Part shown: positions 1-14,600 of the stretch, piece by piece
How positions within the stretch are numbered: position 1 is the first letter of the stretch
Layout of the letters: each line of letters begins with the position of its first letter
Origin: Mantamonas sphyraenae STR306
Taxonomy: Eukaryota > Protista > CRuMs
DNA length: 64,000 nt
Assembly (NCBI GenBank): GCA_026936335.1
Contig: JAPMXV010000002.1
Coordinates: 62,001-126,000, forward strand
Direction of reading: 5' to 3'
The notes under the pieces: model-generated
The model's database searches: none
Told to the model about the DNA's origin: nothing
The model's input: only the letters and a program-made list of their open reading frames with translations
Translations under genes and position numbers: made by a program

Positions 1-899
1 GCTCGTCAGCTCGGGCAAGAGCGGCTCGTTTTTCTACATGAGCACCGACAACCGCTTCCTCGTCAAGACGGTCACCAAGGACGAGTCCAAAGTCCTGCGT
101 CGCCACCTCGCGTACTACTACGACCACATCACAAAGTGTCCCGACACCCTCCTCACACAGTTTGTGGGCAACGTGAGTTCCCTCCAGCCACCACCTATCG
201 TTTTCGTGTCGCTAACCCCCGCCCTTCCCCACCCGCTTGCATCCACAGTATGGCCTCAGGCAAGGAAACAAAACAAAGATGTACTTTGTGGTCATGCGCA
301 ATGTGTTTATCACAGACAAGTACATCCATGAACGGTACGACCTGAAGGGCTCGACACACAACCGCAGCGTGCGCGAGGACAAGCGCGTCGACAACGTGGC
401 ACTGAAGGATCTGGACTTTGAACATACAATCTCGCTGGGTGTGGAGCGCAAGGCCATGCTGTTGCAACAGCTGACCCAAGACGTGGAGTTTCTCACGCAG
501 TGTCGCGTCTGCGATTATTCCATCCTGCTCGGCATCCACATCATCGACGATTTCGCTGGGCCGGCCACAGAAGAGGAAGCTGCCCAGATTGAAGCCCTTG
601 AAGGCGAGGAGCGTCTTGCCCTCGAGTACAAGCTGTACAACCTCACGGACACCTCGTCCGAGTTCAACAACCTCTTCAAGAACAGCAGCGGCGGCTTGCT
701 CTCCCGCACCCAGGACGGAAAGGTCGGCAAACACATTTACTATATGGGCATCATCGACATCCTCACCGAGTTCAACGTGAAAAAGAACGCAGAATCCGTG
801 TGGAAGAGTGTCCTCCACGAAAAGGCGGCCATCTCTGCCATCCCACCCAAGCCCTACGGCTCCCGTTTCATCCAATTCCTCGAGGGCAAGATTGAGTGA
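1..899 (+). CDS. Phosphatidylinositol-phosphate kinase (PIP5K family), 5'-truncated; one intron (donor 164 or 173, acceptor 248)
   Basis: Motifs SGKSGSFFY, STDNRFLVKTV, YDLKGS, KDLDF, DYSILLGIH, YYMGIIDILTEF and ISAIPPKPYGSRF. ORFs 38..331 and 237..899 join through a phase-0 GT..AG intron with a GCTAAC branch motif at 211-216. Confidence 0.93.
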
Positions 900-1015
900 A
901 CAGACACTGCAACTGACACCGCGCTTGTCCAACGTCCGAACAACGAAAAGAGACCATTCCATTTTTCCACAGCTTTCTTCTCTGCTCATCATCACCATCA
1001 ACCATCAGCCATCCA

Positions 1016-2560
1016 TCATCCACACATCCCATTGGCCCACTCCAGAAACAAATTCAACACCTCCTGGCCCCCGTTGGGCTCAAACAGGATCTCGTGGCGC
1101 AGGCCGGGGAAGCTGTGGTGAGTCTTGTTGGTCGACACAGCGTGCTTGTGGTAGTTCTGTGTCGCCTGCGGCAACACAGTGATGTCGTCCTCGCCCGTGC
1201 ACACAATGAACGGATACGAGTCCTCTTCGTAGCTGGCCGACACCTTGTCAAAGTGTACCATAAACTCACGCGCCATGCCCAGGCGGATGGCCCCCGTGTA
1301 GTTCAGCTCGTCTGCAAGATATTCGGCAACCTTGCGTGCGTCGCTCGAGATTCCATTCGGGTCCAGCGGACGCAGCTCCACCGTAGGCAGGAACGGGCCC
1401 ACAGCCTTTGCAACCATGATCTCGTGCGGCTTGGCGTCTGTCCCTGCCGCAATGGCCGGCGACGACAGCATCACGCCGTGCCAGCGATTCGGGTTTCGGC
1501 GTGCAAGGAAGATCGAGATCATGCCTCCCATCGAGTGGCCCAGCAGGAACTTGGGCAGCTTGCGGCCCTGTGAGCCGCCCAACCGTTCCACCTCGTTCAC
1601 AAACGTCTCGTACTGTGCACCAACCCACCATTCCATGCGTGTCAGTCCTCCGTCTCCTCTCTGTGCAACCTTCCCTCCTCCCGCCACGCCCACCACATAC
1701 GTCATCCACAAGCCACATCAGGTTTTCCACGTACGCGCGCGGCTCCCCTTCGCTTTGGCCGTGGCTGTAGTGGTCGATTGCATACACCGAAAAGCCCGAT
1801 GCGTTAAACTCCTTGGCCACGGCGTCGTAGCGTCCACAGTGCTCTGCAAACCCATGCACCAGAAACACAAGGCCCCTGTGTACACAGAAATCGGTGGCGG
1901 CGCCGCAACGTTAGCCCTCTTTGCCCCAGCCCGTCTGTGCCAACCCACACAGCCACACGTCCATCCTCCGGCACCACACCCTCACCACCACACTCAACAA
2001 CACCGGCCGCCCACTTACTTGGTCTCCCCTTCCGCCAGCCACGAGTACGCCGCCAGTTTGTTGCCGCGCCCATTGTAGAACGCGTCGCCGTCAAGACGCG
2101 CACGCAGCTCGTTGCCCTTGCTCATCAGACGCTTGTACTGGCTCTTTGACGACACAAAGTACATCTGCAACACGGAGCACACCAGAACAACCGCAGCAAA
2201 GCCCGCCATCGAGCCTGTCAGCCCGCCGCCTGCAGCCAGCGCCACAAACTTGACCACGCTCCACAGCACGCTCAACACGCCCACCAAGCGCACAGGCACG
2301 CGTGCATCCTCCTTCATCCCATACACTGCAAGCACAAACACACACTGAATCGCCACTGCAATCATCCAGTCCAACGTGGCCGTCCCAAACGCCCCTTCGC
2401 TCGACAGATCCTTCGACAAGTACGCACTCAACTCCGCCGTCCCACCCGCCTGCTCCTCCGCATGCGCCACCACCAGCGCCACACAGCCCACAAACTCCGC
2501 CACCGTCGATGCAATCACTGCCACGCGCCCCACGGTCGGGTTGGTCGTCGCTTCAGGCAT
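1016..2560 (-). CDS. Alpha/beta hydrolase, monoglyceride lipase/lysophospholipase-like, with N-terminal multi-pass membrane region; introns ~2018-1876 and ~1700-1613
   Basis: VHGFAEH, DHYSHGQSEG, nucleophile elbow GHSMGG, D in GEDD and H in PGLRHEILFE. Exon 1 (ORF 2015..2728 from MPEAT) has several hydrophobic helices. Confidence 0.85.
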
Positions 2561-2635
2561 GCTCCACTTGGCCTCCTCAGCGCGTCTGCGAGTCGCTTGT
2601 CTCCCTGCGCCTTTCCGCACACCCAAACACACGCC

Positions 2636-5600
2636 ATGGAGGTGCTCCCACTTGCTGGAAACATCCAGGCGTATGCAAAGCAGTTTGCAAACACCAAAGG
2701 TGCGTCTCGCCACCTTGCCACTTTCCACCCGCCCCCCTTCCAGCCCGTGTCACCTCGGCTTCCCACATTGCATTTTCCCGCCAACTCTCCTCTTCCGCCC
2801 GCTCCGATGCACACTACCGTGTCTTTCCTTCCGTCACCTTCATCACCGCTTCTCTGGCCCTCTCCACACGCGCAACCACCCGCCAATCCCACTCTTATGT
2901 CCTCACCGCCCTGTATGCGCCCATCAAACTCCGGTCACGTCTCCCTCTGAAACTTCCGCCCGCTCCTGTGCCTCCATATGCATTCTGTTCTGCACACCAC
3001 ACGGCCCTCGCGCTGCCTCTGCCTCCCATCCACCTCCAACCACCCGCCATTTCTGTGCATCGACCCCGCTGCGCCCGTACGCCTCGCTGTTCATCCTGAC
3101 ATCCACCACGCACACGCCCCCACCCCAGATGAAAAGGGCTACCTCCAGCTCCTGTCCCATTTCAAGGACAGCATCTCCATTGTACACACTCCCGAATACC
3201 CCGAGTTTGTAAAGTACATGCTCCCGGTTCTGGAGGACTTTATGCGCCGCACTCAGCCCCAGTACGAGGCAAACATGCTCAACAAGCTCCGCGTCATGAT
3301 CATCGACATCCTCCACAGCCTGCCCAACAACCCCGACCTCAGGCCCTACGTCCAGCGCATTCTGCGCCTCTGCATGGATCTCCTCGAGACAGAGAACGAG
3401 ACCAACGCCGTCCAGTGTCTCCACATCATCATCGAACTCCACAAGACCTTTCGCTCTCTCGACAACGAGGTCCAGCGCTTCCTCGACATCGTCGCAAACA
3501 TCTACAAGAACCTGCCCAACTCTGTCCAGGAGACCTTTGCTGACGACGCCTCCTCCTCCTCTTCCTCCTCCTCCTCTTCGGCCTCCTCCTCCCTCTCCGA
3601 CGTCCCCTCCTTCCCCGACCTCTCCGCCTCCCCCACCAGCTCCATGGATCTCGACACAGCCACATTCCCCAGCACAGAGCGCTCCAGCCCGCCCGCAAAG
3701 CTCGTCCACGCTCAAAAGTCCTTCAAGGTCCTCCTCGAGTGCCCCATCATCGTCGTCCTCCTGTTTCAGCTCTATCCCTCGTTTCTCCAGGCAAACATCA
3801 CCAATTTCCTGCCCCTCATCAACGACACCCTCCTCATCAAGCCGCCCCTGGGAACCCACAAGCGCGAGGCGTACATGGATCTGGTCGCCGCCCAAGTCAA
3901 GACCCTCTCTTTCCTCGCCTACATCCTGCGCTTCTTTGCCCACTACGTCGAGCCCTTCAAGGAGTACATCCCACAGCATGTCCTCCAGCTCCTCAAGTAC
4001 TGCCCGGCCCAGAGTTCCACCATCCGCAAGGAGATCCTCATTGCCACGCGCCACATTCTCCACACAGACTTTCGCAAGGGCTTTGTCGACCACATCGACT
4101 CCCTCCTCGACCGCGACATCCTCATCGGCAAGGGCCGCACTTCGTACGAAACTCTGCGCCCGCTCGCCTACTCAACCCTTGCCGACCTCGTCCACCACGT
4201 CCGCTCCAAGCTCAACCTCAACCAGCTCGCCATCATCGTTCACATGTACTCCAAAAACATGCATGACAACTCCCTTGGCCTTTCCCTGCAGACCATGAGT
4301 GCAAAGCTCCTCCTCAACCTCGTCGAAGGCATCATCCAGCACGCAGACCAGCCAAACTTTGCTGGCCGCCCGCTCCTCATCCGCATGCTCGATACTTTTG
4401 TCAATAAGTTCTCCTCCCTCCGCGCAAACATCCCCACCCTCATCGAGAAGCACGAGCACCGCCTCGCTCTCGCCGCAGCCGTCCTTGAGCGCACCCGCAA
4501 GCAGGAGCAGCAAGACGCATCCTCCTCCACCACCACCTCCTCCTCCTCAGACGACAATGATGGCGATGGCAACGAGTCCTCCTCCCCACATGCAGCGTCC
4601 TCCCTCGCCCTCGTCGAGCACTCCGCCTCAACGTCCCGCAAAGTCCCCACCATGTTTGCCCGCTCCTCCGCAGACGCCATCTACAATGACAACGCCATCA
4701 ACGAGACCCGCTTGTACGTAAAAACTCTCGTGCTCGGCCTCAAAACCATCCTGTGGGGCATCAGCGCGTGCCCGGCCCCCGAGGAGCTGCGACGCAACTC
4801 AGACGCTTCCTCCTCCTCCTCGGCCTCCTCCTCTTCCTCCTCGGCCTCCTCCGTCACACCCCAGGGCGCAGATCCAGAGAATCTGCCCTCGGCAAACACA
4901 CGTTCCACACGCTACCGCTCAAGCACCATGCCGGCCAACAAGCGCGACAAAAAGGCAAATCCGTACACGCCTGCAAACCACCCGAACATTCGCATGTTTT
5001 CCGACCAGGAGGCAACCATCTTTGTGCGCCTCCTTCGCGACGGTCTCGAGTGTTTTGCCATCTACTCCAAGCTGCCCGTCAAGGCATCCACCGAGGAAAA
5101 GGAGATTCTCGACCACTTTGCAGGCGTCTTTACCATGATCGACCTCAGCACCTTTCAGGAGGTCATGACCAGCCAGATGAGCTTCCTCTTTAAGCACATC
5201 ATGGACAACCACGCCATGCTCACCATCCCGCAGCACTTTCTCGCAAACAACAGCGTAAGCCGCTACTTTGCAAACATCCTCCTCGCCTTCCTTGTCAAGT
5301 ACCTCCACCTCCTCGCCGGACCCAACAAGCGCCAAGCGTCCATGCTTCTGCGCCTCTTCAAGCTCGTCTTTGGTGCCGTCACCCTCTTTGCCAAGATCGA
5401 GCGCGTCATTCAGCCGCATCTCGCAAACATCGTCAGCACGTGCATCAACAACGCATCCAAGCCCGATCCCGTCAATTATTTCCTGCTCCTTCGAGCTCTC
5501 TTTCGCAACATCGGCGGCGGCAAGTTTGACTCCCTCATCATGGAGATTGCGCCCCAGCTGCCCCATCTCCTGCGCGCCCTCAACAGGCTCCACCAGAGTG

Positions 5601-8600
5601 CACACAAGCAGAACCTGCGCGACCTCTTTGTCGAGCTCTCCCTCACCGTCCCTGTCTCCCTTCGCCATCTCCTCCTCCATCTCGATCTCCTCATCCAGCC
5701 CATCCTCAGCGCCCTCTCCTCCACAAACGTCGAACTCGTACGCCAGGGCATGAGCACCCTCGAGCTCTTCTGCGAGAATCTCGACCCCGAGTTTCTCGAT
5801 CCCATCCTCAAGCCCTACGCCTTTGACCTCAACCTTGCCCTCTGGCGCCACCTGCGCCCAACCCCGTACCCGCACGGCCAACTCGCCCTGCAGATCATCG
5901 GCAAGCTCGGCGGACGCAACAGGCTCTTTCTGCGCGACCTCATCCTCCTTGCCTACAGGCACAGCGAGCACAGCCACATGCAGCTCAACTTTACCTTTGG
6001 CAATGGCCTCAACACAGCACGCCTGCCCTGGAAAAGTGCATTGTCATTGCACGCAACTCCATGCACAACAGCCGCGACGAAAACGCACGCAAGATTGCAG
6101 CCGAGTTTCTGTGGAACACCCTGCTGACCACCTTTGACTTTGGCGGCTCAGTCCAGGACACCATCGACCTCTTTCTCGACGCCGTCAAGAGCCCCAACAG
6201 CAGCGACGCAGAACTCGTAGCCGCTGCACACCAGCCTGCAAACAACCTTCGCTCCTCCCACGCCCAAACCGAGGCTCAGCGCTCCCTGCTCGGTGCTCTT
6301 TTCAGCGCCACCGCCGACGCGGACGGACGCGGCCTTCCCTGGCGCCGTCTCGACCTCGTGTGCAGACACTTTGCTCTGTTGCACCTGGCCAACTACGCAA
6401 ACGCCATCCTACATCCGGACGAGCCCTCGCGCCAGCTCGACGCAGGCGTCTTTCTGGACGTCATTGTGGACAACTTTGCGCTGGAAAGCAGGTCGCTGCT
6501 CACCGTCACCCTGCGCGGCCTCGTGTCCTTTGTCGACACCCTGTGTGTGGTGTTTGCACACGCACACGGCCTCGGCGTGCAGGAGGCGCTGCCGCTGGCT
6601 CTGCAGCTGCCCTTTTTCAAGCAGCTGGCTCCGCAGGTGGCCCACTGCTGCTTCCTCAAGGAATGGTACAAGAAGCGCAGCGGCTGCACGGCCATCGGCC
6701 ACTTTACAAAGCACATGCCCACGCCTTGGCTCCTTGACGTCGAGGTGCACTTTGCCAGCGCACTTATCTTTGTCCTCAACGACTTGCGCATGGAGATTGC
6801 GGTCAACACCGTGCGCGATGCAGCAAACACGCTGTACCGCCTTGTCGCAAAGTGCCACGGCATCCCGCTCCCGGACGACATTGCAGACGACATCGACGCC
6901 CTCCTTCGCGGCCGAGATGACGCCATGGGCATTCAAACCGAGCCCGACGAGGCCTCGAGCATCGAAGACGAGGCTGCCACCGTGGCTGCCGCTGCTGCTG
7001 GTTCCGACAGCGCCATGCACGAGGGTGCGGGCGCCGCGGCTGGCAGCAGCGCTGGCAGCAAAGGCAAGGGCAAGAGCAAGGGCAAGCCCAAACGCACAAA
7101 GACGACGTCCATCACCATCGACCCCATGGAACAGGACTCGGTGGTGCCTGAGCCCGAGCTGACCAAGGAGCAAGTCAAGATGCAGGGCGAGGTGCAGCTG
7201 CAACTTGTCGAAGCCCTGTGTGCAGAGATCGTGTCCACGTCGCCCATTGTGCGAAGGATGGTCTGGATGCTGCTGCAGCGCCTGGCCACCGTCACCAACG
7301 TTGCCTTGGCCGATCTCGTCGGCGCACATGTGCAGCCCATTCTCGACCGTGTGCTTGCAACGCCTTTGGATCACCTGACCACCGAGATGAAGATAGCCGC
7401 CGTGCACGCCGTGGCCAACGTCGTGCGTCACGCGCCGGACCTCGTGCCTCTCTCTGCCGACTTGCTCGCTTTCGTGAGCCAGGCGGTGGACATTGCAAAG
7501 TCGGCCAGCAAGCTCAAGAGCACGCAGCCGAGCAACTCTGCGCCGCTCCAATCCATCTTTATCGGAGGCGGCACGCCGGACAGCTCCTACAACAAGACGC
7601 AAAGCGCCTACTTTGACATCCGCGTGCAATGCATCGCCCTCCTCAACGTCGTCATGGGCCTCCCTGCGTTTACCCAGGACACCAGCCTCCTCCTCCTCCT
7701 CGTCGTCGTCCAGCAGCAGCAACTCCGACGCCATGCAAACCGAGGAGTCCAAAGAAGCGTCGTCGTCCGCGGAGCTGCGCACACAAACCAGCGACATGCG
7801 AAACGAAATCATTGGCGTTTTCTTTTCCGTGCTCACGTCCAATGTGCGCCATCCCGAAATCATCCAGGCGGCCAAGAACGGCCTGCAGTACGTCACGTCG
7901 CAGCAGAAGCTGCCCTTGAAGCTGCTGCAGCACTCACTGCGCCCTGTGCTGGTCGACCTCAGCGAGTACAAACGCCTCGGCGTGTCGTTGCTGGACGGCC
8001 TCGCCGTGCTGCTGGGTTTGCTCACCAACTGCTTCAACATCACCCTGGGAGAGAAGCTGCTGCAGCACCTGGCCTGCTGGAAGGACCCCAAGGCCATCAA
8101 GGAGATGCGACTGTGGACAGACAACGAAATCAAGGTGCTGCCGGCAAAGATTGTGGACATTTTCCACCTGCTGCCTCCACAGGCTGTCTCGCTTATTCCC
8201 AAGCTGGTGCTGCTGTGCATCGAGCTCGAAGGCTGCCTCGGCACAGAGGACAACTCGCCGTACCGCGAGCCTCTCAACCGCTTCCTCAACCGCTACCCGG
8301 AGCAGGCCGTGCGCTTCTTCCTCGACCGCATCACCGATCCCAAGTGCAACACGCTGTTCCAGGCGCTCGTTCGCATGCCTTCGTCGCGTCCCCTGCGCCA
8401 GTGGATGTCGGAAAACATCGGCGTGCTCGTGGAACACAGCTTCGACTCCAAACTGTTTGTCAGCTCGGATGAGATTGTGGATCCGTCGCAGGATCCCGCT
8501 TTCCAAGGGATTGTGCTTGTGCGCACCCTCGTCGAGTACGACCCCGAATGGCTGCGTGGCAACCGCTCTCTGATCGACCACCTGCTGGCCATCTGGAACA

Positions 8601-11600
8601 GTCCCGAGCGTTTGCAGCGCTTGCAAACCATCGAAGTGCAGCCTGTGCGCCGTCTGCGCGAAAACTCCTACATGGCTCGCTGCCTGGTGGCCTACAATCG
8701 CCTGCACCCAGAGGAAATCGACATCCTGTTTACGCTCATCTCTCTGTTTGACTACCGCATTGCCCTGGACCTCTCCTTCCTCAGCAACTACCTGGCCGAG
8801 ACCGTGCCCGCCTATTCGCGCGAACTGAAAACAGCCATCATCAAACGCTTCCAAGAGTTTCTGGTGGACGAGTCGGTGTCGCACAAAACAAAGGTGCATG
8901 CACTGCAACTCATCGTCACACCCATCCTGCGCAGTGCGTTTGGCATGGACGACGACAACGAATTGCAACCAGCAGGCAAGAGCGACGGCGCCGACGGCAC
9001 CAGCAGCGACGAGGACGACGACGATGATGAAGACGACGACGAAGACGACGACGACGATGACGAACTGGGCCACGACACAGACCAGGACGACGTCGACCAG
9101 GGCGGCGATCTGATGGATACCGAAGACGAACCCAGCACGAGGTCATCTTCGCGTAGAAGACGTGGACGCAGCAGCCGCACACGCACGTCGTCCACAAGCA
9201 GCGGACGAACGCGAAGCAAACGCACGTCCAAGGCCAAGGCGGAAGCCAAGATGGCACAGTCGGCGGCCGAGTCTTCCTCTTCCTCTTCACTCTTCTGCTT
9301 CCTCCTCCTCCTCCTCTTCGTCTGCCATGACCGTGGACGACGTGAACGGGAGCGAGCGTGCAGAGAACATGCTAAAGACAGAGGATGTGAGCGAAATGGT
9401 GTTCCTGCTCGTGGAGACACAGCGTGCGTGGGAGGAAACGGCAGGCGCATCCGAGTTTGACGCCGACCGTGAGGCGCTGCGCATCGAGGTGCTGCAGGTG
9501 GTGACCATGGTTGTGTGCTACGTACCGGACAGCGTTTCCGAACCCTGTGTCACCGACGCACAGAACAAGGAGGTCATCAAGTTTGCCTGGCGATACCTGT
9601 ACACGGACGACGTCACGTTGAAGAACTGCGCCTACGTCCTCGTGTGCCGCTTCATCGAGGCGTTTGAAGCCAAAGCCAAGCTGGTTCTGCCCGTGTACTG
9701 CCAACTGCTGTCGCGCTACCAGCCCGAATCGCGCACCATGGTCCAACAGGCGCTGGATGTGCTTGTGCCCGTGCTGCCCAAGCGACTGGCGGGCCCTGTC
9801 GAACACCGTGTGCCCAAATGGGTCAAGTGGACACGCCGCCTTCTCATGGAAGGGTCGCACTCGCTGCCGCAGCTCGTGCACATTTGGCAAACCATCCTGC
9901 GTCACTCGGGCCTGTTTTTCAACTCGCGCAGCCAGTTTGTGCAGCTGCTCATCAACAGCGTGGCACGCATTGGTCTCATGCCAAACACCGTGCCCGAGAA
10001 CAGGCGACTGGCCATCGACATGGTCGAACTGGTCATTGTGTGGGAGCAGAACCGCGTGATCAAACTCAAGCAAACGGGCAAGCTGGACATCAAAGCCACC
10101 TCGGCCAATGTGGCCCAGAAACGCCTGTCTGAAGAATCCACAGGCCACGCCTCGGGCGATGAGCCCGCGTCCAAGCGAGCTCGTCTGGACGACGACGGCA
10201 GCCACGCACGCTCAGGCTCCAGTGGCAGCAGCGGAAGCAACGCGGAGGATGCCACAAGCAGCACGGATTCGTGGATTGCCGACGTGCTCAACGCAGACCA
10301 GGCAGCCATTGCCGAGGCCGACGCCATGTTGGTGGGCATGGAAGACTCGGGCGCAGACGGCGAAGCATCGTCGTCGGACGCAGCGGCAGGCGCAGCGGAC
10401 GAGGGCAACGTGCCCGCGGCTGCAGAACGCATCGAAGCAGAAGCGGCGGCCAAGGAGGCCAGCGGCAGCGCTGCATCGGGTGAAAGCAGCGAAGACGTAA
10501 GCGACCTTGCGTTCACGCCTCCGCTGGTGGCCATCGAGAAGCTGTGCAGCTTCCTGATCCGCGCGGCCTGCAGCATGCAGGGCGAAGAGGCCAAGCGGTG
10601 CATCAACCTGCTGCGCCAGTGCCTCGTGCTGTGGCCCGAGACACGTATCAGCTTCGACACCTTTGCCAAGGTGCTCAACCCCAAGGGTCAGGTGGTGAAA
10701 GACGACAAGACGGACGAGGAACGCGAGCTGCCGCCCAGCGATGCCGCAGTGAGTGCCTCCAACGTGGGCCTGCGCTTGCTGCACGCCATCCTGGAAACCG
10801 CCCCCGAACACTTTTTGCTGGCACACATCTCGCAGCTTCGCGACGCGATTACCAAGAGCATCCGCAGCTACAACGAGACGACAAACAGCCTTGTGTGCAG
10901 CATCCTCAAGCTGATGCTCAAACTGCACCCGTACGAGTCGCTGAACGAACACCACGGCACCCCCGAGTTGGACGCTCTCAACCAGTCGCTCAAGAGTTTC
11001 TACCGAAAGGTTGTGGAAACGATCAACCACACGCTGATGGACGCCGAGCTGATTGTGGTGCAGAACCAACTCAACATCATCTCTGCCCTGGTGGACATGA
11101 ACGAACGCTTCCTGGACCCGCTCACGTCCATCCTGGTCAAGAGCATTGCCATCAAGCTCCTCAACAGGCACCTGACGGGCTCGTCGTCGTCGTCGTCGTC
11201 GAGTGGCTCGTCGAGCAGCAGCAGCAGTGGCTCGGCAGGCTCTCAGGCACAGGCGCAGGCGGCGGCTGCGGCTGCAGCTGCGGCACACCAAGCCAAGGTG
11301 CAAGCACAACAGGCGGCTCAGGCGGCTCAGCACGCACAGAGTGTGATCAAACACGCGCAGCAGTCGGGCAAGCAGGTGACGCAAAACATGGCGGCCGCGG
11401 CGGCACAGGCACAGGCGGCGGCGCAGCAGGCACAGGCTCGCATGGTGCAGGCACACGCAGCAGCACAGGCGGCGCAGGCGGCGCAGGCAGGTGATCAGGC
11501 GGCAAAGGCCAAGGCTGCCGTGCCCGAGGCGCGCGCAGGGCCAAATGGCTTGAACGCAACAGACGCGACATTGCTGTTGTGCATCAAGCTGGTCAGCAAG

Positions 11601-14600
11601 CGCATCTTGTTTGTACCGGACAACGCAGCGGGATCGCACGATCCGCGCAAGATCTTTTTCCACGCGCTGCTGGTGCTGATGGAGAAGAGCAAGACGACTG
11701 CGCTTGTGCAGGCCGGGTTGGAGATTGTGAGTGGGTTCATCCAGAACGACGCCCTGAAGATTGCGGAAAAGGTGAACTTTGTGACCAAGATGGGCCACCT
11801 GGAAAAGAGCAGCAACAGCAAACTGCAGAGCATGTACCTGAACCTTGTGCTGGACGTGTACAGCCTGGACAAGGCACCGCGCACCACGCTGTACCTGCAG
11901 TTGGGCAGCGCCTTTATTGTGGGACTGCACAGCAACGACACTTCGCTGCAGAAGCGCTGTTTCGACATCTTTTCCAACTCGCTGGGCGAAACCGTGGCCG
12001 AGCGCATGCAGTTCATTCTTACGCACACGACCTGGGAACCCGTGCCCGACAAGTTCTGGCTCAAGACCGCCGTGGCTCTGCTCCTCGACGCCTGCGACGC
12101 AAACGAGTCCATCGACCTCACCGGCTCCCACATTGCCATGGTGCAATCGCTGCCCGGCACTCCGCGCGAGGCACCATCCTCGGATGAAATGGACACGGAA
12201 GATGGTGGTGCCACGTCGTCGTCGTCGTCGTCGCGCACTCCGGCAGCCAAGCGAGAGCCAGAGCTGATGGAAACAGAGGGCGACGGCGGCAAGGGCAAGG
12301 GCAAGGAGAAGAACGGCGGACAGCAGGAAACAGAGAAGCAGCTGGAGAAACTGGTGCGAAAGCAAGAAGGGTTTCTGCAGGAGGGACGCAAGCAGACGGT
12401 GGCATCTGTGCTGACGCCGCTGCAGGGGATCTGTCTGGAAGACAAGCACCTGGCCATCCATCTGTGGACGGTGCTTTTCCCGCAGTTCTGGGAACAGTTG
12501 ACGATGGGTGCGCGCCAGAAGCTGACCAAGCGCATGTGTGCGCTGCTGGGACGCGATTACCACAGCAAGCAGCAGTCGCACAGGCCCAACGTGGTCCAAG
12601 GCTTCCTGGAAGCGATGCTCGCGTGCCCGGAACCGCTGCGCCCTGCGCTGCCGAGCACGCAGATCAACCACCTGGGCTCGACGTTCAACGCGTGGCACGT
12701 GGCACTTGCACTGCTGGAGGAGCGTGCGCTGAGCTGGAAGAACCTGGAGGACGAGAGTGTGCATGCGGCGCGTTTGCGACGCGAGTACGGCCTTTCGCGT
12801 CCTCTGCAGGAGGTGCGCAATGTGGCGTACACGGCTGTGCCTCCTCCGTCGGGTAAGGAGCGCACGTACGACTGCCTGTCGCAGCTGTACTCGATGCTGT
12901 CGGAACACGACTTTGTGATGGGTGTTTGGAAACGCCGCGCGGTGCTGCCCGAAACGGTGGCTGCGCTGACGTACCAGCAGCACGGTCTGGCAGACGTGGC
13001 GGCGGACACATACCTGGCATGTATGGAGTATGGCAGCAACGACAAGGGCCACAGCAACACGTTGCTGCCTATCCAGGAGCAGCGGCTGTGGGAGGCCCAG
13101 TGGGTGGAGTGTGCCAAGCAACTCAACCAGTGGCCCATGCTCGAAGACTACGCCGATCACATGGCCGAGTATCCAGAGCTGGCGTTGGAGTGTGCGTGGC
13201 GTGCGGGCAAGTGGCCGCAGCTGCGCACAGAGCTGACACGCTGCCCGCACTCGCGGCTGCGCCTGTCGGACATCACGCACGTGAAGCACATCATCAATCA
13301 GATGATGTTGGGCATCCACGAGAACAAACTCAACGAGGTGGAGCAGCTCAACAAACAGGGCATCCAGTATGCGCTGCAGCGTTGGCGCTCGCTGCCCTCG
13401 GTGCCCAGCAACGTGCACGTGGAGATGCTCATTGCCTTTCAGCAGTTTGTGGAGCTGCAAGAGTCGGCCAAGATTGTGCAGGAGCTGAGTGGCTCTCATC
13501 CCGACTTCACCTCCACCCTCAATTCGTGGCGTTCGCGGCTGCCCAACGTGTGGGAGCCGATGACGGTGTGGAACGAAATCTTCAGCTGGCGCAAACACAT
13601 GTTCCAGGCCATCAACAGCGCAACGGAGCGCCAAGGCCCGCCGCACATGTACGTGGGCCACCACCAGCAGGCGTGGTCCCTGGTGCAGTACGCACAGGTG
13701 GCGCGCAAGCACGGCCTGGAAAGCGTGGCTGTGGAGCTGCTGGAAGACACGCTGGAACTGCCCAGTGTGCCTGTGGAAGAGGCGTTCCACAAGCTGCGCG
13801 AACAAGTCAAGTGCCACTTCCAGTTGCCCAGCCGCTTCCAAAACGGCCTGGATCTGCTGCACACCACGCGCCTGGACCACTTTTCCAGCAAGCAGAACGC
13901 AGAGATTTACGCGTACAAAGCGACGTTTTTGAGTGCGCTCGGCCGTCCGCAGGAGGCAGACAAGGCGTACAGCGTGGCGGTGCGTTTGGCGCCAGATCTG
14001 GCCAGCGCATGGTTGAGCTGGGCGGAGTTTTGCGACGCCCAATTTGCTGGGTCGACCGACAACCTGGAGTGGGCCGAGCAAATGATTTTCAATGTGCTGA
14101 CTGCGGCGTACCATCACGACAAGAACGCACACCGTCTGTTGCCGCGTCTGCTGTGGCTGTTGAACTACGACAACGAAGAAGGCCGGCTTGCGACGGCGTT
14201 CCACGAGTGCATGCCGCAGATGCCCTCGTGGGTGTGGATCCCGTGGCTGACGCAGTTGATTGGTGCGCTGGACAGGCGCAAGAGCGCACGTGTGGCTGCG
14301 CCGTTGCTGGCGCTGATGGCGCACGATCATCCGCAGGCCCTGTTCCACTCGCTGCGCGCTGCTCTGACGCAGTGGCAGGTGGATCAGGCCGGTGAGGATA
14401 TGTTTCAGCACCAAGAGGGCACGCTTGTGTACAAGGCACCCGTGAGCGTGAGCGCAAGCGTGTACGAATCGTTGGAGATGCCCGAAGGCGCAGGATCGAC
14501 GTACGACGACATCCGCTCGCTGCTGACGGAGAACGCAGAGGTGCACTCTGCCGTGGCCAGCGAATGGGCGTTGGCAGTGAACAAGCTGCTGGACGAGCAG

